From the NCBI GenBank assembly GCA_910578495.1, contig CAJTRE010000003.1, positions 71,952 to 135,951 of the forward strand: a DNA stretch of 64,000 nucleotides. The letters are read 5' to 3'. Source of the DNA: an uncultured Dorea sp. GTDB taxonomy: Bacteria; Bacillota; Clostridia; Lachnospirales; Lachnospiraceae. Below are positions 42,856 through 53,530 of this stretch, piece after piece. Position 1 is the first letter of the stretch. Each line of letters begins with the position of its first letter. The notes beneath the pieces were generated by a model that saw only the letters and a list, made by a program, of their open reading frames with translations, was not told the origin of the DNA and did not search any database. A program made the position numbers and the translations under genes.

Positions 42856-44220
42856 CTAATTCAGTTTAATATTCAGGTAACTCCGTCCCGACAATGTCTT
42901 ATTAAAGCAAATGCTGCAAACGATAATAACAAAACCTGCAAGAAATCCCCACCAGTTAAAGAGCGCCGTTAATATCAAAAGCTCAAGCCTCATAAATTTG
43001 AGCGCGTAACCCAGCTCAAAATTGGGCTGCGTATAATTCGCCACTGCCACAAACGCCATATACAGCATAACCTCCGCATTAAACCAGCCGGATTTTACCG
43101 AAAATTCTCCCATAACAAGACCTGCAATCACACTGAGTGGGGTACTTAACATACTCGGCGTATTAAGAGCTGCAAGCCGCAGGCCGTCAATTGCAACTTC
43201 CAGCATCAGAAGTTGAAACACAAGTGGAATATTCACCGTATCTTTCACTGCCACAAACTGAAACATCTCCGGCAACCACTCCAGATTCTGCATAAACAGT
43301 AAAAATAACGGTGTCAGAAATACCGTCAGAAAACTTATCAACCCTCTGGAGGCTTTTAAATAAACTCTTGTCAGCGTAGGAAAATAATAATCATTCGCTT
43401 CCTCAATAATGTCGTACACAGATGTTGGAAGAATCATTGCAGACGGTGAATTATCCACTAGAATCACAATCTTTCCCTCCAAAAGACACGCCGCCGCTGT
43501 GTCCGGTCTCTCGGTAAACTTGAATTTAGGAAACGGATTGTACCATTTCCGCTTAAACAGACATTCCGCAAGACTTTGCTGATTCATGCGAAGATCGTCT
43601 GTTTTTATATTTTGTATCCGTTTTGTTACGTTATCAAGAAGTGCCTTATCCACCCGGTCTGTCATATAGCAGATTGCCACATCACTGCGGGAACTATCCC
43701 CCACTTCTGTCATCTCCATGACAAGATGAGGATCTCTGATTCTTCTGCGCATAAGCGCCGTATTAAACACAATCGTCTCCACAAAACCATCTCTGGAACC
43801 TCGCAGTGATTTATCCTTATCCGGCTCGTCCACCCCTCTTGCAGGATACGTCCGACAGTCAATGGCAATTCCCGCCTCATATCCATCAATAAACAGACAG
43901 GTAACGCCGGAAAGTACATTTTTTACCGCTTGGTCAAAGTCCCCAAGAATATCCACTTCCACGTAGGGAATAAACTGTCTGGAAAACTGCTGGGCATCCG
44001 GCGGCATTTCCTCTTCCTTTACTTTAATGAGCGAATCCATCAGCTTTAACATGACTTCATCTTTCATAAATCCATCAATAAAATAGAAAGACGCCATACG
44101 GTTTCCTATCATAAGATCCCTCTGCAAAACATCGAAACTTTCTTTCACCGGAAGAATCTCATTCATATAAGACGAATTTTCTTCTCTGGACGCAGTTATT
44201 TTCTTTCTTTCTATCATCAT
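42856..44220 (-). CDS. Spore germination protein GerA/SpoVAF family
   Basis: RGSRDGFVETIVFNTALMRRRIRDP, PFPKFKFTERPD, VDNSP motifs; C-terminal TMs. Confidence 0.9.
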   Translation of the reverse strand: MMIERKKITASREENSSYMNEILPVKESFDVLQRDLMIGNRMASFYFIDGFMKDEVMLKLMDSLIKVKEEEMPPDAQQFSRQFIPYVEVDILGDFDQAVKNVLSGVTCLFIDGYEAGIAIDCRTYPARGVDEPDKDKSLRGSRDGFVETIVFNTALMRRRIRDPHLVMEMTEVGDSSRSDVAICYMTDRVDKALLDNVTKRIQNIKTDDLRMNQQSLAECLFKRKWYNPFPKFKFTERPDTAAACLLEGKIVILVDNSPSAMILPTSVYDIIEEANDYYFPTLTRVYLKASRGLISFLTVFLTPLFLLFMQNLEWLPEMFQFVAVKDTVNIPLVFQLLMLEVAIDGLRLAALNTPSMLSTPLSVIAGLVMGEFSVKSGWFNAEVMLYMAFVAVANYTQPNFELGYALKFMRLELLILTALFNWWGFLAGFVIIVCSICFNKTLSGRSYLNIKLN

Positions 44221-44263
44221 AGTCCTCCATCTAGGTTCATATTTTCCGGTTCATACCTGCACA

Positions 44264-44293
44264 TAGTATTTCCCGGCTTTCCGTAAAATATTC
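44264..44293 (-). promoter_or_regulatory. Putative forespore sigma-F/G promoter
   Basis: GAATA-N15-GGAAATACTA upstream of the GerA-family gene. Confidence 0.65.
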
Positions 44294-44364
44294 GCAGCTT
44301 ATCCATCTGATCCTATTAAAAAAAGACAGTCGCTTGCAACTGTCCTTTCCCGTCTTTCATCTAT

Positions 44365-44886
44365 CTAGTAACTATTTGTAGTACTCCCAAATCCGCCATT
44401 TCGGGCTGTCGTCACCTCATCATCCATAGTAATGCCATACTCCACAAAAATCCCCTGCATAAATCCAGTTCCTGCCGCAATCTTCACTATCTTTCCCTCG
44501 TTGCTGTCATTGGTAATCTTCGCAAAAATGTGCCCTTCATTATCAGAATTATAATAATCACTGTCAATAATTCCAACCGTATTATTAAGCTGCAAGCGGA
44601 ACTTGAAACCAAGTCCGCTTCTTGGATAACACTTTAACACCCAGTTCTCCTCCATCTGCACGCGAATCCCGGTCGGAATCTTACATGTCTCTCCCGGCGC
44701 CAGTTCAATATCCACTGGAGCATAGAAATCATATCCTGCACTTCCCGCAGTCGCTCTCTTTGGGAGCTTCAAGGACTCATAAATCTGCCGAAGCGTTTGC
44801 TCCCCGCATATGCCAAATGTATCCGTATACCCTTCCTTAAACTGCTCAAAACTCACTTTATAAAACTGCGCAACTCTTCTGGCCAT
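44365..44886 (-). CDS. dut: dUTP diphosphatase
   Basis: SAGYDF, PRSG, GIIDSDY, RNGGFGST motifs. Confidence 0.95.
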   Translation of the reverse strand: MARRVAQFYKVSFEQFKEGYTDTFGICGEQTLRQIYESLKLPKRATAGSAGYDFYAPVDIELAPGETCKIPTGIRVQMEENWVLKCYPRSGLGFKFRLQLNNTVGIIDSDYYNSDNEGHIFAKITNDSNEGKIVKIAAGTGFMQGIFVEYGITMDDEVTTARNGGFGSTTNSY

Positions 44887-44965
44887 CTGTCTGTACCTCT
44901 TCAATATTTCGTAATATTTCCCTGTTCTCTATGATATCCTGTAATCCTCAACTATCTTATCACCG

Positions 44966-44994
44966 AGTAAAAGCACCGTCAAGGTGCTTTTACT
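44966..44994. terminator. Terminator after ABC importer operon
   Basis: AGTAAAAGCACC-GTCAA-GGTGCTTTTACT. Confidence 0.8.
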
Positions 44995-45766
44995 AATTTC
45001 CACATTCGATACTAATTTCATTAAAAATCTTCAAAATATCCTCCACAGAAGTATCAGCCTTCTCTTCTTTCTTTCTGTCCAGCACTGCTTCCCCCTGATG
45101 CATCATAAGCAATCGGTCGCCGTATTCAACTGCATATCTGAGATTGTGCGTCACCATGATTGTAGTGAGTCTCTTCTCTTTGACAATCTGATCCGTCAGT
45201 TTCATAATCAGTTCCGCCGTCTTTGGATCTAACGCCGCAGTATGTTCATCCAGGATTAGAAACTCTATCGGTGTCATTGTAGACATCAGAAGCGCCATCG
45301 CCTGTCTCTGCCCTCCGGACAATGCCCCGACTTTCACATCCATCTTCTGCTCCAGTCCCAGATTCAACTGACTTAACAACTCCCTGTAATAATCAATCCT
45401 GCTTTTATTTGTTCCCCAGGAAAGACCGTACACTTTCCCTTTATGATCAGCCAAAGCCATATTCTCTAAAATCGTCATGGATGGGCAGGTTCCAAGCGCC
45501 GGGTTCTGATAAACGCGTCCAATCCTTCGGTTTCTCTTATACTCTTTCTCCCTTGTAATATCCTTATCCCCCACTATGATCTGTCCGCCTTCAGGTAAAA
45601 TACTGCCACAGATAAGATTCAGCATAGATGTTTTCCCAGAACCGTTACTGCCGACTACAGAAACAAATTCTCCGTCTTCCACTTTCAAATTAAAGTGATC
45701 AAACAGGCACATTTCATTGACTGTACCCGGATTATAATATTTTTGTATGTTTCTAAGTTCAAGCAT
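44993..45766 (-). CDS. ABC importer ATP-binding protein (TrpXYZ-like)
   Basis: GSNGSGKT, LSGGQRQA, LDEHTAALDP motifs. Confidence 0.9.
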   Translation of the reverse strand: MLELRNIQKYYNPGTVNEMCLFDHFNLKVEDGEFVSVVGSNGSGKTSMLNLICGSILPEGGQIIVGDKDITREKEYKRNRRIGRVYQNPALGTCPSMTILENMALADHKGKVYGLSWGTNKSRIDYYRELLSQLNLGLEQKMDVKVGALSGGQRQAMALLMSTMTPIEFLILDEHTAALDPKTAELIMKLTDQIVKEKRLTTIMVTHNLRYAVEYGDRLLMMHQGEAVLDRKKEEKADTSVEDILKIFNEISIECGN

Positions 45767-46640
45767 TCTTTTTCACCTTCGACTTTCTCTCCATACTGAT
45801 AACCAAAATAACAAGGAACAATACTGCTGTAATCAGTTTCATGAACTGTGGTGCAAAATTGCGGATTGCCACCGCCACACAGGCTTTATAGATCACAGAA
45901 CCAATCAGCACCGCCGTTGTCGCCTTTAAAAATGTGAGCTTTTTACAAATACTCATTCCGATAATGACACTGGCAAGACCAATCACAATCGCACCTGTTC
46001 CCATAGATATTTCAAACACCCGCTCTTCCTGGGCAAACACACAGCCTGCCAGTGACACCAGTCCGTTTGCGGTCGCAAGTCCTAAGATTTTCACATTTCC
46101 CTTATCTTCCGCCAGTGAAGTAACTACAATCTCATTGTCTCCCACCGCCCGGAGCAGATACCCTGATTTTGTCTTCATATACAGATCCAGCAACAGTTTA
46201 CAAATTAGCGAAATGACCAGTACCACAATGAGCGTTGTATACGATCTTGCACCCTCCGGAATCACTTTTTCTATCCCGTCGTTTTTAAAAATAGTCTTCT
46301 GTGAAAACAACGGAACATTGGACGTTCCTGCAATTGTGAGGTTAATCGTCCAAAGAGCGGTCATCATAATAATTCCCGACAACAAATCCCGTACCTTTCC
46401 TTTCACATGTATAATCCCTGTACAGACTCCTGCCAAAACACCCGCTGCAAACGATGCCGGAAGTGTCAGATACGGATTCACTCCCTTCGTCAGAAGATAT
46501 GCCGTAATCGCCGCTCCAAGTGGAAAACTTCCATCCACCGTAAGATCCGGAAAATCCAGAATCTTATAGGTAATATACACGCCAAGCGCCAATATTCCAT
46601 ATATGAATCCCTGTTCTAAAATTGTTATTATAAAATCCAT
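45759..46640 (-). CDS. ABC importer permease (TrpXYZ-like)
   Basis: FPDLTVDGSFPLG motif; multiple TMs. Confidence 0.9.
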   Translation of the reverse strand: MDFIITILEQGFIYGILALGVYITYKILDFPDLTVDGSFPLGAAITAYLLTKGVNPYLTLPASFAAGVLAGVCTGIIHVKGKVRDLLSGIIMMTALWTINLTIAGTSNVPLFSQKTIFKNDGIEKVIPEGARSYTTLIVVLVISLICKLLLDLYMKTKSGYLLRAVGDNEIVVTSLAEDKGNVKILGLATANGLVSLAGCVFAQEERVFEISMGTGAIVIGLASVIIGMSICKKLTFLKATTAVLIGSVIYKACVAVAIRNFAPQFMKLITAVLFLVILVISMERKSKVKKNA

Positions 46641-46668
46641 AAAGCCGCCCACACTCTCTTTCTATTAT

Positions 46669-47679
46669 TTATTTGGAAATCTCTGAAAAGCTCTCCACAG
46701 CGCTGTCTGAAAGTTCCTGCGGTACGGTAACGCCTAAGTTCTCTGCCACCTTAGTATTTACATAAAATCCAGGCTCTGTAATCGTCTCGTAGGACAGTTC
46801 TTCGGCTTTCTTTTCACCTTTTAACACTTGTGCCGCCATTTTTCCGGTCTGTTTTCCAAGTGCGATATAATCCAGTCCCTCTGCCGCCAGACATCCAAGT
46901 TTCACCTGTTCAATCTCACTTCCAAATACTGGAATCTTCTTTTCATTTGCTTTCTCAAGGATTGTCGGAAGAGATGCCACCACAGTATTATCCGTAAGGT
47001 TTGTAAGGCAGTCCGTCTTACTTAACAGATCATCTGCCGCCAGCGGAATATCAGCCGTAACAGTAATACCGCTCTCTACGATCTCAAAATCATATTTCCC
47101 TGCCAGTTCTTTATATTCTGCAATGGCAGATACAGAATTTGCCTCGCTCGTCGTATACATAATGCCAATTTTCTTTGCCTCCGGCAAAAGTTTGCGAATC
47201 ATCTGGAGCTGTGCGTCAATAGGCAGTTTATCCGATGTACCCGTTACATTTCCCACAGAGTTGCCTTCTTTATCCGAAAGTTCTGCCTGAACTGGATCTG
47301 TTACGGCTGTATAGATTACCGGAATATCACTGTCCATAGCGGCGTTATAGGCGCTCTGTGCACTCGGTGTTGCAATTGCACAGATCATATCCACTTTTCC
47401 TGACACAAAACTATCAGAAATCTGTCCTGCGGTTCCCATATCAGCCGCCGCATTTTTATATTCCACTTTCAGATTCTTTCCCTCTGTGATTCCTTCTTCC
47501 TCTAATCCCATGAGAAAACCCTCTCTACAGTTGTCTAAAGATCCATGTTCTGCAAACTGCTCAATCCCGATGGTATAAGTCTTCTCTCCAGAATCTTTCG
47601 CTCCCTCAGAAGAACCGCAGCCTGTCATTGCCGTTAACATTGTCATTATTAATAATCCTGCTAATACTCTTTTTTTCAT
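46669..47679 (-). CDS. ABC importer substrate-binding lipoprotein, probably tryptophan (TrpX-like)
   Basis: Lipobox MTGC; HGSLD, IATPSAQ, AVTDP, NVTGTSD motifs; Trp-specifier T-box upstream. Confidence 0.85.
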   Translation of the reverse strand: MKKRVLAGLLIMTMLTAMTGCGSSEGAKDSGEKTYTIGIEQFAEHGSLDNCREGFLMGLEEEGITEGKNLKVEYKNAAADMGTAGQISDSFVSGKVDMICAIATPSAQSAYNAAMDSDIPVIYTAVTDPVQAELSDKEGNSVGNVTGTSDKLPIDAQLQMIRKLLPEAKKIGIMYTTSEANSVSAIAEYKELAGKYDFEIVESGITVTADIPLAADDLLSKTDCLTNLTDNTVVASLPTILEKANEKKIPVFGSEIEQVKLGCLAAEGLDYIALGKQTGKMAAQVLKGEKKAEELSYETITEPGFYVNTKVAENLGVTVPQELSDSAVESFSEISK

Positions 47680-47750
47680 TGTTTTGTCTCCTTTTCTTTT
47701 ATTTGTTTGATGTTAGGAGAAAAATTTGAACAGGAACCTCGCTTCACTAA

Positions 47751-48016
47751 TAAAAAACCACCTCAAACCAAAGGTTTGAGGCGGTAATAATATCTTACTA
47801 TCGCGGTACCACTCAAATTGACGAATCGTCCACTTTTCCCATGTACTAACATACACTCCTGATTGATAACGGGTTCGGTTCCCGCCTGCTCCTACTCTCC
47901 AAAGATTTCAGGCAGTCCTCGAAAGGCCATTCAACTATCTGCTCCATACGACAATCCCACCACCTGCCGCTCTCTGAAATATCGTCAGATAATTTACTAT
48001 TCTTTCTCAACGGTTT
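47751..48016 (-). ncRNA. T-box riboswitch, Trp (UGG) specifier
   Basis: AGTA/AGAGAGC/GGTGGGA stem I motifs; GAA-TGG at 47927-47932; T-box AATTTGAGTGGTACCGCG at 47802-47819; terminator ACCGCCTCAAACC..GGTTTGAGGTGGTTTTT. Confidence 0.9.
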
Positions 48017-48092
48017 TTCATAATTGTTATATATACTTTAATTCAATAAAGTACATTTGTCAAGATATTTTTTTTATTATATGTAATTATGT

Positions 48093-48179
48093 GTAACAGT
48101 TCAGCCCGAACCATTCGCAAAACCGCACTAATGTGCTATTCATTGCTACGCAGCTATTTTTGCTCATAATCTAGCGCTC
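48093..48179. repeat. Truncated MITE-like element (copy F), left half of copy E
   Basis: GTAACAGTTCAGCCCG..CCATTCGCAAAACCGCACTAA..TTTTTGCTCATAATCT..CGCTC, close to 42686-42772; supplies the stop of the XRE gene. Confidence 0.85.
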
Positions 48180-48635
48180 AGCAACACTTCTTCCAAGAAC
48201 ATAAACGCCAATTATCATTTCAGCAATTGATATTCCCAACAAAATTCCAGAAAAGAAGTCCTTAATATTTGAACCGTCAATTGAATATGAAAGTGCCTGT
48301 AAAGCACCCCCCATTACAACCAGTAAAATACCAAATACTAGATTTTTTTGTTTTTCTAATTCTTGAATTCGCCTTAATAAATCAACAATCTGTTCATCAT
48401 CATATAAACGGATGTTTTTTTCTCCTGCTTCTCCACCGTCTATCAATTCAGCAACAGTGATTTGTAATTCCTCACACAAATTTTTAATAATAGAATAATC
48501 TGGCATACATTTACCAGTTTCCCATTTTGAAATAGTTTTATTTGATACACCAAGTTTTTCTGCCAACTGTTCTTGTGTATAATTCTTTTCTTTCCTTTTC
48601 CGGGATATAAATTTTCCTGTAGCTAATTGGTTCAT
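48171..48635 (-). CDS. XRE-family HTH regulator with C-terminal TM helices
   Basis: TQEQLAEKLGVSNKTISKWETGKCMPD; two hydrophobic C-terminal segments. Confidence 0.88.
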   Translation of the reverse strand: MNQLATGKFISRKRKEKNYTQEQLAEKLGVSNKTISKWETGKCMPDYSIIKNLCEELQITVAELIDGGEAGEKNIRLYDDEQIVDLLRRIQELEKQKNLVFGILLVVMGGALQALSYSIDGSNIKDFFSGILLGISIAEMIIGVYVLGRSVAER

Positions 48636-48998
48636 CTTCATTACCTCCATTTTTGTTATTTATAATTTAAGATTATCATTTTTTCTATTCATAATTACAT
48701 CCCCTATATGGAGAATTTAGATATAAAACCATTTTGAATTAACATTTTGAAAAAAAGTTCCTTTACTAATCCGATGATTAAAGTTAGAAATGATACAACC
48801 GTATATACGATAAAGTAGAAATAACAGATTACTCTGAATGTTGTGGAACATTCATACAAAATTGCGGATTTAATTTACTCATATTGCTTGCCACCTTTCT
48901 CTGTTCTCTCAAAACATCAATATCCACTATGTTCATAATATCCTGCTTTACATCACTATTTAACTGCTACTCTTTCTATCCTGTATACAAAATATCCT

Positions 48999-50820
48999 TT
49001 AATTTTCGCTGATTATTTTACCTTGATCCATAAGAATAATCTTATCACATAAATTCATAAGTCCTAAATTATGCGAAACACATATACATGTAATATTTTC
49101 AGTATAATCCAAAATAAATTTGAACACCTTATTTTCACTCTCAGCGTCTAAATGACTAGTTGCTTCATCTAAAACTAAAACTTCAGGCTCCGCTAATAAT
49201 ACCCGAGCTAAAATAATTCTCTGCCTTTGTCCACTAGACAATTCAGTTCCACCTGAACTCTGATAGTGCAATAATAGTAACCTCATTAAAGTCGATTTCC
49301 CACAACCACTCTTTCCAATTAAAGCGTAACTCTTTCCACTCTCAAATCTGATATTTACATTCTCCAGAATACTATCATCATAATTATATCCAAAAGCTAT
49401 GTCTTTATAGACAATATCCTTCCCTCTAATGGCAGGCTCTTTTTCTCCCGTATAAACTGCCTCCTCAGTATCAACTTCCAAAATATCATTTAAACGACTC
49501 ATGGCAATAAAAGCCCCTTGCAGTCCGATCTGCATTGAAATTAATTGTTGAAATGGAGAAAGAAAAAAACTAATAAACTTTCAAAAGCAATCAGATTTCC
49601 GAGTGAAATTCTGTTATGTATAACTAAATAGCTTCCGAGCCATAAAATAAATATAGTCCCAATACGCTCGACATTGTTTAATAGGGCTATCTGACTCTCA
49701 GATATAATTTCTCCCTTATAAATATACTGTAATGTATTTTCACTCATTTCCCTTATCTTATAAACAAATTTATTTTCTGCGCTACAATTTTTAATAGTAC
49801 ATATATTATCAATCGTTTCTTTCAGCTTAGAAACCAACTGACTGTTTTTTTCAAATATATTGAGCTTGATAGAAGCTATGGAATGTTTAAAGATTAAAAC
49901 AATTACCGCATAGAGAAATAATATTCCCATCACCATTAAAAACATAGAGAGATTAATATTAATCAATATAGCCCCACCTGCTATTACCATAAAAATATTA
50001 ATTACGATGGCAACTCCACCTTCAGAAATTAAATTTATGATTTCTTCCATATCTGAAAAGCGAGAAAGAATCTCGCCAGTTTCCCAGTCCTTAAAATACC
50101 TAATGGGTAATTTGACAACAGAATTTAAATAGTTATTTATCAATTCTTTATTAACCCTATTTGAAATTTTCGCTATAAAAATCCCCTTAATAATACTCAG
50201 TATCATTTGTAAAGTGAAAATCACTACCAGTGCTATAAAAAAAAGATGAAAATTTGAAATTACTATATTTATTTGGTCAACTACTATACGGACAACACTA
50301 TTAGCGCCTCTGTATTGGATAATGGGTATTTCATTTCCCAAAATAAAACTATCTATTATTTTCTGGTACGATAATGAGGCAATCATTGTAATACCACTGA
50401 GCACCAAAGAAAATATTAATATCAAAAATAAAATGTTTTTATTATGTATAAAAATCTTCCAATATTTTAAGTAAAATCCCTTTTTCAGATTACGTTTTTT
50501 GAAATTTCTACCTTTTTCTATTGTTACCAGATGTGGCCAAACCCCTCTTCTAAACAATGAACAATAATTGGCAGTTTAATAATTCCATTATTGATTTCTT
50601 CTTCAAGTTCACTAAAAGTCCCTTCTAAAACTTCAGTTACAAAATTAAATTCTTCAGCACAACGTGATATAGCATAAAGACTAGAACCATTTTTATCCAC
50701 CTTCATTTTTTCACGTACTTTGATAAGTGGAATATTTAGGCCATAATAACGAAAAATTGTTGCCATACAAGCAGCCCCACAATCACGATTATCATGCTGT
50801 TTAATTCCCAACATTCTCAT
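48999..50820 (-). pseudogene. Peptidase C39-containing ABC transporter (PCAT), frameshifted and internally deleted
   Basis: QHDNRDCGAAC C39 motif; TMD fragment; NBD fragment in which Walker A region is joined directly to ELSSGQRQR; three ORF pieces. Confidence 0.88.
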
Positions 50821-50916
50821 CTAATTCACCCTCTCTTTAAAACAGCCTGGATCTTGATGATGATCCAAGCCATTTACACTTACAAGTTTCTGGTTTTTCA
50901 AATTAACTTTCTTCAT
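50821..50916 (-). CDS. Small ORF resembling a double-glycine-type leader peptide remnant (31 aa)
   Basis: AAAGGAGA RBS; MKKVNLKNQKLVSVNG-LDHHQDPGCFKERVN*; immediately upstream of the PCAT. Confidence 0.5.
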   Translation of the reverse strand: MKKVNLKNQKLVSVNGLDHHQDPGCFKERVN

Positions 50917-50985
50917 CTTGAATGTCTCCTTTCATTTTATTTATCAATAATCCCATATTGCCGGCCATCATGAAATTATCGTAAA

Positions 50986-52755
50986 TCAAAATTTAATTTT
51001 ATCAATTAATGACTCTTTCTGATTTCTATAATACAGGTTCATAGCGAACACAAAGTCTATGATAAGTAAAATAATTGCCATAAACAGCAATTGTTTCCAT
51101 GGATATATAAATCTAAAATATAACAATTTCTGTTTAATAAGGGTTCCTAAAATATAAATTAGACTAGTTCCTACAGAAAGCATGCCTAACATCGTTATGA
51201 TCCAATAACAAAATTCTTCCAAAAAAATCATTTTCCATAACTGATTTTTAGTAAGTCCAATACTTTCCATAATTGCCAACTCTCTTTTTCGCGCAGCATA
51301 ATCCGCTATCATAGTATTTGTAAAATTCATAATTCCTGCTAATAGGATCACTAATGTTAAAGCTCCTAATATAACATTTCCCGTTTGTATCCTATTTTGT
51401 TCTGCTTCAAGTAATGTATAATTTTCCCCCAAATAATAGGTGTCCATTATTCCTCTTTTCACATTTTCCCTTTGAACAATCTGTGAAAGTTTTTGATTAA
51501 CGAATGCTTCCTGACCGTCTTCAGCATCAAATGACATCTCAAATACTTTATCAGGAAAATCTAACTTCTGAAAGGCCGATTCAGTCATGATAAAATAATT
51601 AATTCTATTTCCCATAGATGTCGTTGACAGTTTTGGAAAATACTTCGCTGTACAATCCATATATCCGGCACATTCTAACGGAGTTTTTTTATACATATCT
51701 AAATTACCCTTTTTATCATAAGCATTTAAGGAGTAAAAATGTATTGGCAGCCCCATAACTTCTTTCGCTTGATCATTTAAAATTTGAGACATTTCATTAT
51801 AATGTAATAAAACACATCCCATTCCATTTTTTAAACTTTCAATATCTATTGCTAAGTCATATTTATTCACATATTCTTCTAACTGCTCCACATAGTTTTC
51901 ACTTACTACTTGTATAGTTGCAAATGTCAATTTTTGGGGCGATATATCTATGGAATTTTTCCTCGGTTGAAGTGCTTTATCTTCATTAAAATTAATCAAT
52001 GCATAACTTCCTATAACACTATTTACAGTCTCTAGATCAACACCTTCTATTTCATAAATATTATCGACCATTTCATTTGACATGATTTCTGTATTGTCAT
52101 CAATTTCATCCGGAACTTTCTCCGGATAACGAAATATACCTGTCAATATACCAACCTGAAAATCCGGATTCTGCTGATAGCTATTTCTGAGGTCTGTACC
52201 AGTCATAATCACCGCTGATCCTAAAGCTGTTATTCCTCCCAATATCAAGGATAGCGAACTGATTAAAAACCGCTTCTTCGATCTCGTAACATTTCTCCAC
52301 GCCATACGGAATAATGAAATACTATCCGTTGATCTAATTTCCATTTTCGGGTATTTAGTATCGGCTTCAACATATTTTACTAAATTTATGGCATTCCCTT
52401 TTATAACCTGCCGCAAAGCTATCGTTGTTACCAGAAAAGTAGTAACTGATATTATAAAAATAGATAAAACAAGATAAACCAGATAAACTGCATTTACATC
52501 ACAACTGCCATACCCCTGCATAAACAGCTTTTGCAGCACTCTTTTCAAAAACACGAATACAACTCCGATACTAATAAAACTTCCCAGCAAAATACCCTGC
52601 AGAATATTCCATAAGTTTTGTCTATAAGCAATTCTTTTAAGTTGTTGATCTGTAGTTCCAATTACCTTCAAAAGCCCATATTCCTGAATATCCCTTGCTA
52701 TTGAAATAGACACCACATTATAGATAATCATACATGCACATACAATCACCAACAC
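50986..52755 (-). pseudogene. FtsX-family ABC permease, 5'-truncated
   Basis: IYNVVSISIARDIQEYGLLKVIGTT and RELAIMESIGLT FtsX repeats; no proper N-terminus/RBS; no ATPase gene upstream. Confidence 0.75.
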
Positions 52756-52763
52756 CCCACACC

Positions 52764-52871
52764 CTTTTCTTGTAAAATTTGCTCTAGCATTTCAGATATT
52801 TGTGACATGTCATGACTAATCTTTCTTTTATTTTGTTTTATATGAATTATGAGGGTGACCAATAATACGCA
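52764..52871 (-). pseudogene. Probable sensor histidine kinase N-terminal remnant
   Basis: Manual translation CVLLVTLIIHIKQNKRKISHDMSQISEMLEQILQEK (TM + amphipathic linker) between the regulator and the permease. Confidence 0.5.
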
Positions 52872-53419
52872 AAATTTTCTTCAATATCCCATATTTTTTG
52901 CAATAAACTCTCCTTGGTAATAATTTTTCCCATATTAATAGTTAGGACTTCAAGTATCTTCCATTCTTTCGATGTAAGTTTTATTTCTTCATTTCTAATC
53001 CATACTCTCCGTTTTTTATAATCAATTTTTATTTCTTTATAATTCAAAATATCCTTTTCTACATTCCTTTTAAGAATTGTGTCTAATTTTTTCTGCAAAA
53101 CCTTTGGGGAAATAGGCTTTGTAACATATTCTTCACAACCGGCATCATATCCTTTTAGAATATCTTCTTCCTCATCCTTCGCTGTCAAAAAAACAACAGG
53201 TATTTTTTTATCTTTTTGTATACGATGTATAAAGTCCAATCCGGATTCTCCTGGCAATCCTATATCCGCAATAATAATTTGTATCTCATTTTCTTTCAAA
53301 TACTTTTCAGCTTCAAAGCTATTGAATGCCTGGTAAACTTTATAGTCTTCTTTCTCAAAATATATTTTTAGTGCATTGTTCATATCTAAATCGTCTTCTA
53401 TAATTAATAACATGGTCAT
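52847..53419 (-). pseudogene. OmpR-family response regulator, C-terminally truncated
   Basis: Receiver IIEDD..DIGLPG..FLTAK..YVTKP; winged helix stops at IWDIEENF, lacking the recognition helix. Confidence 0.8.
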
Positions 53420-53530
53420 TTTTATATACCTCTTACATATTTATCGTATCTACATACATGCAACTCTTGCTACATGAGCTTTATTTACTAACTTTTTTTG
53501 AAGTTTCCGATATAGACTTCTCTTCTCTGC

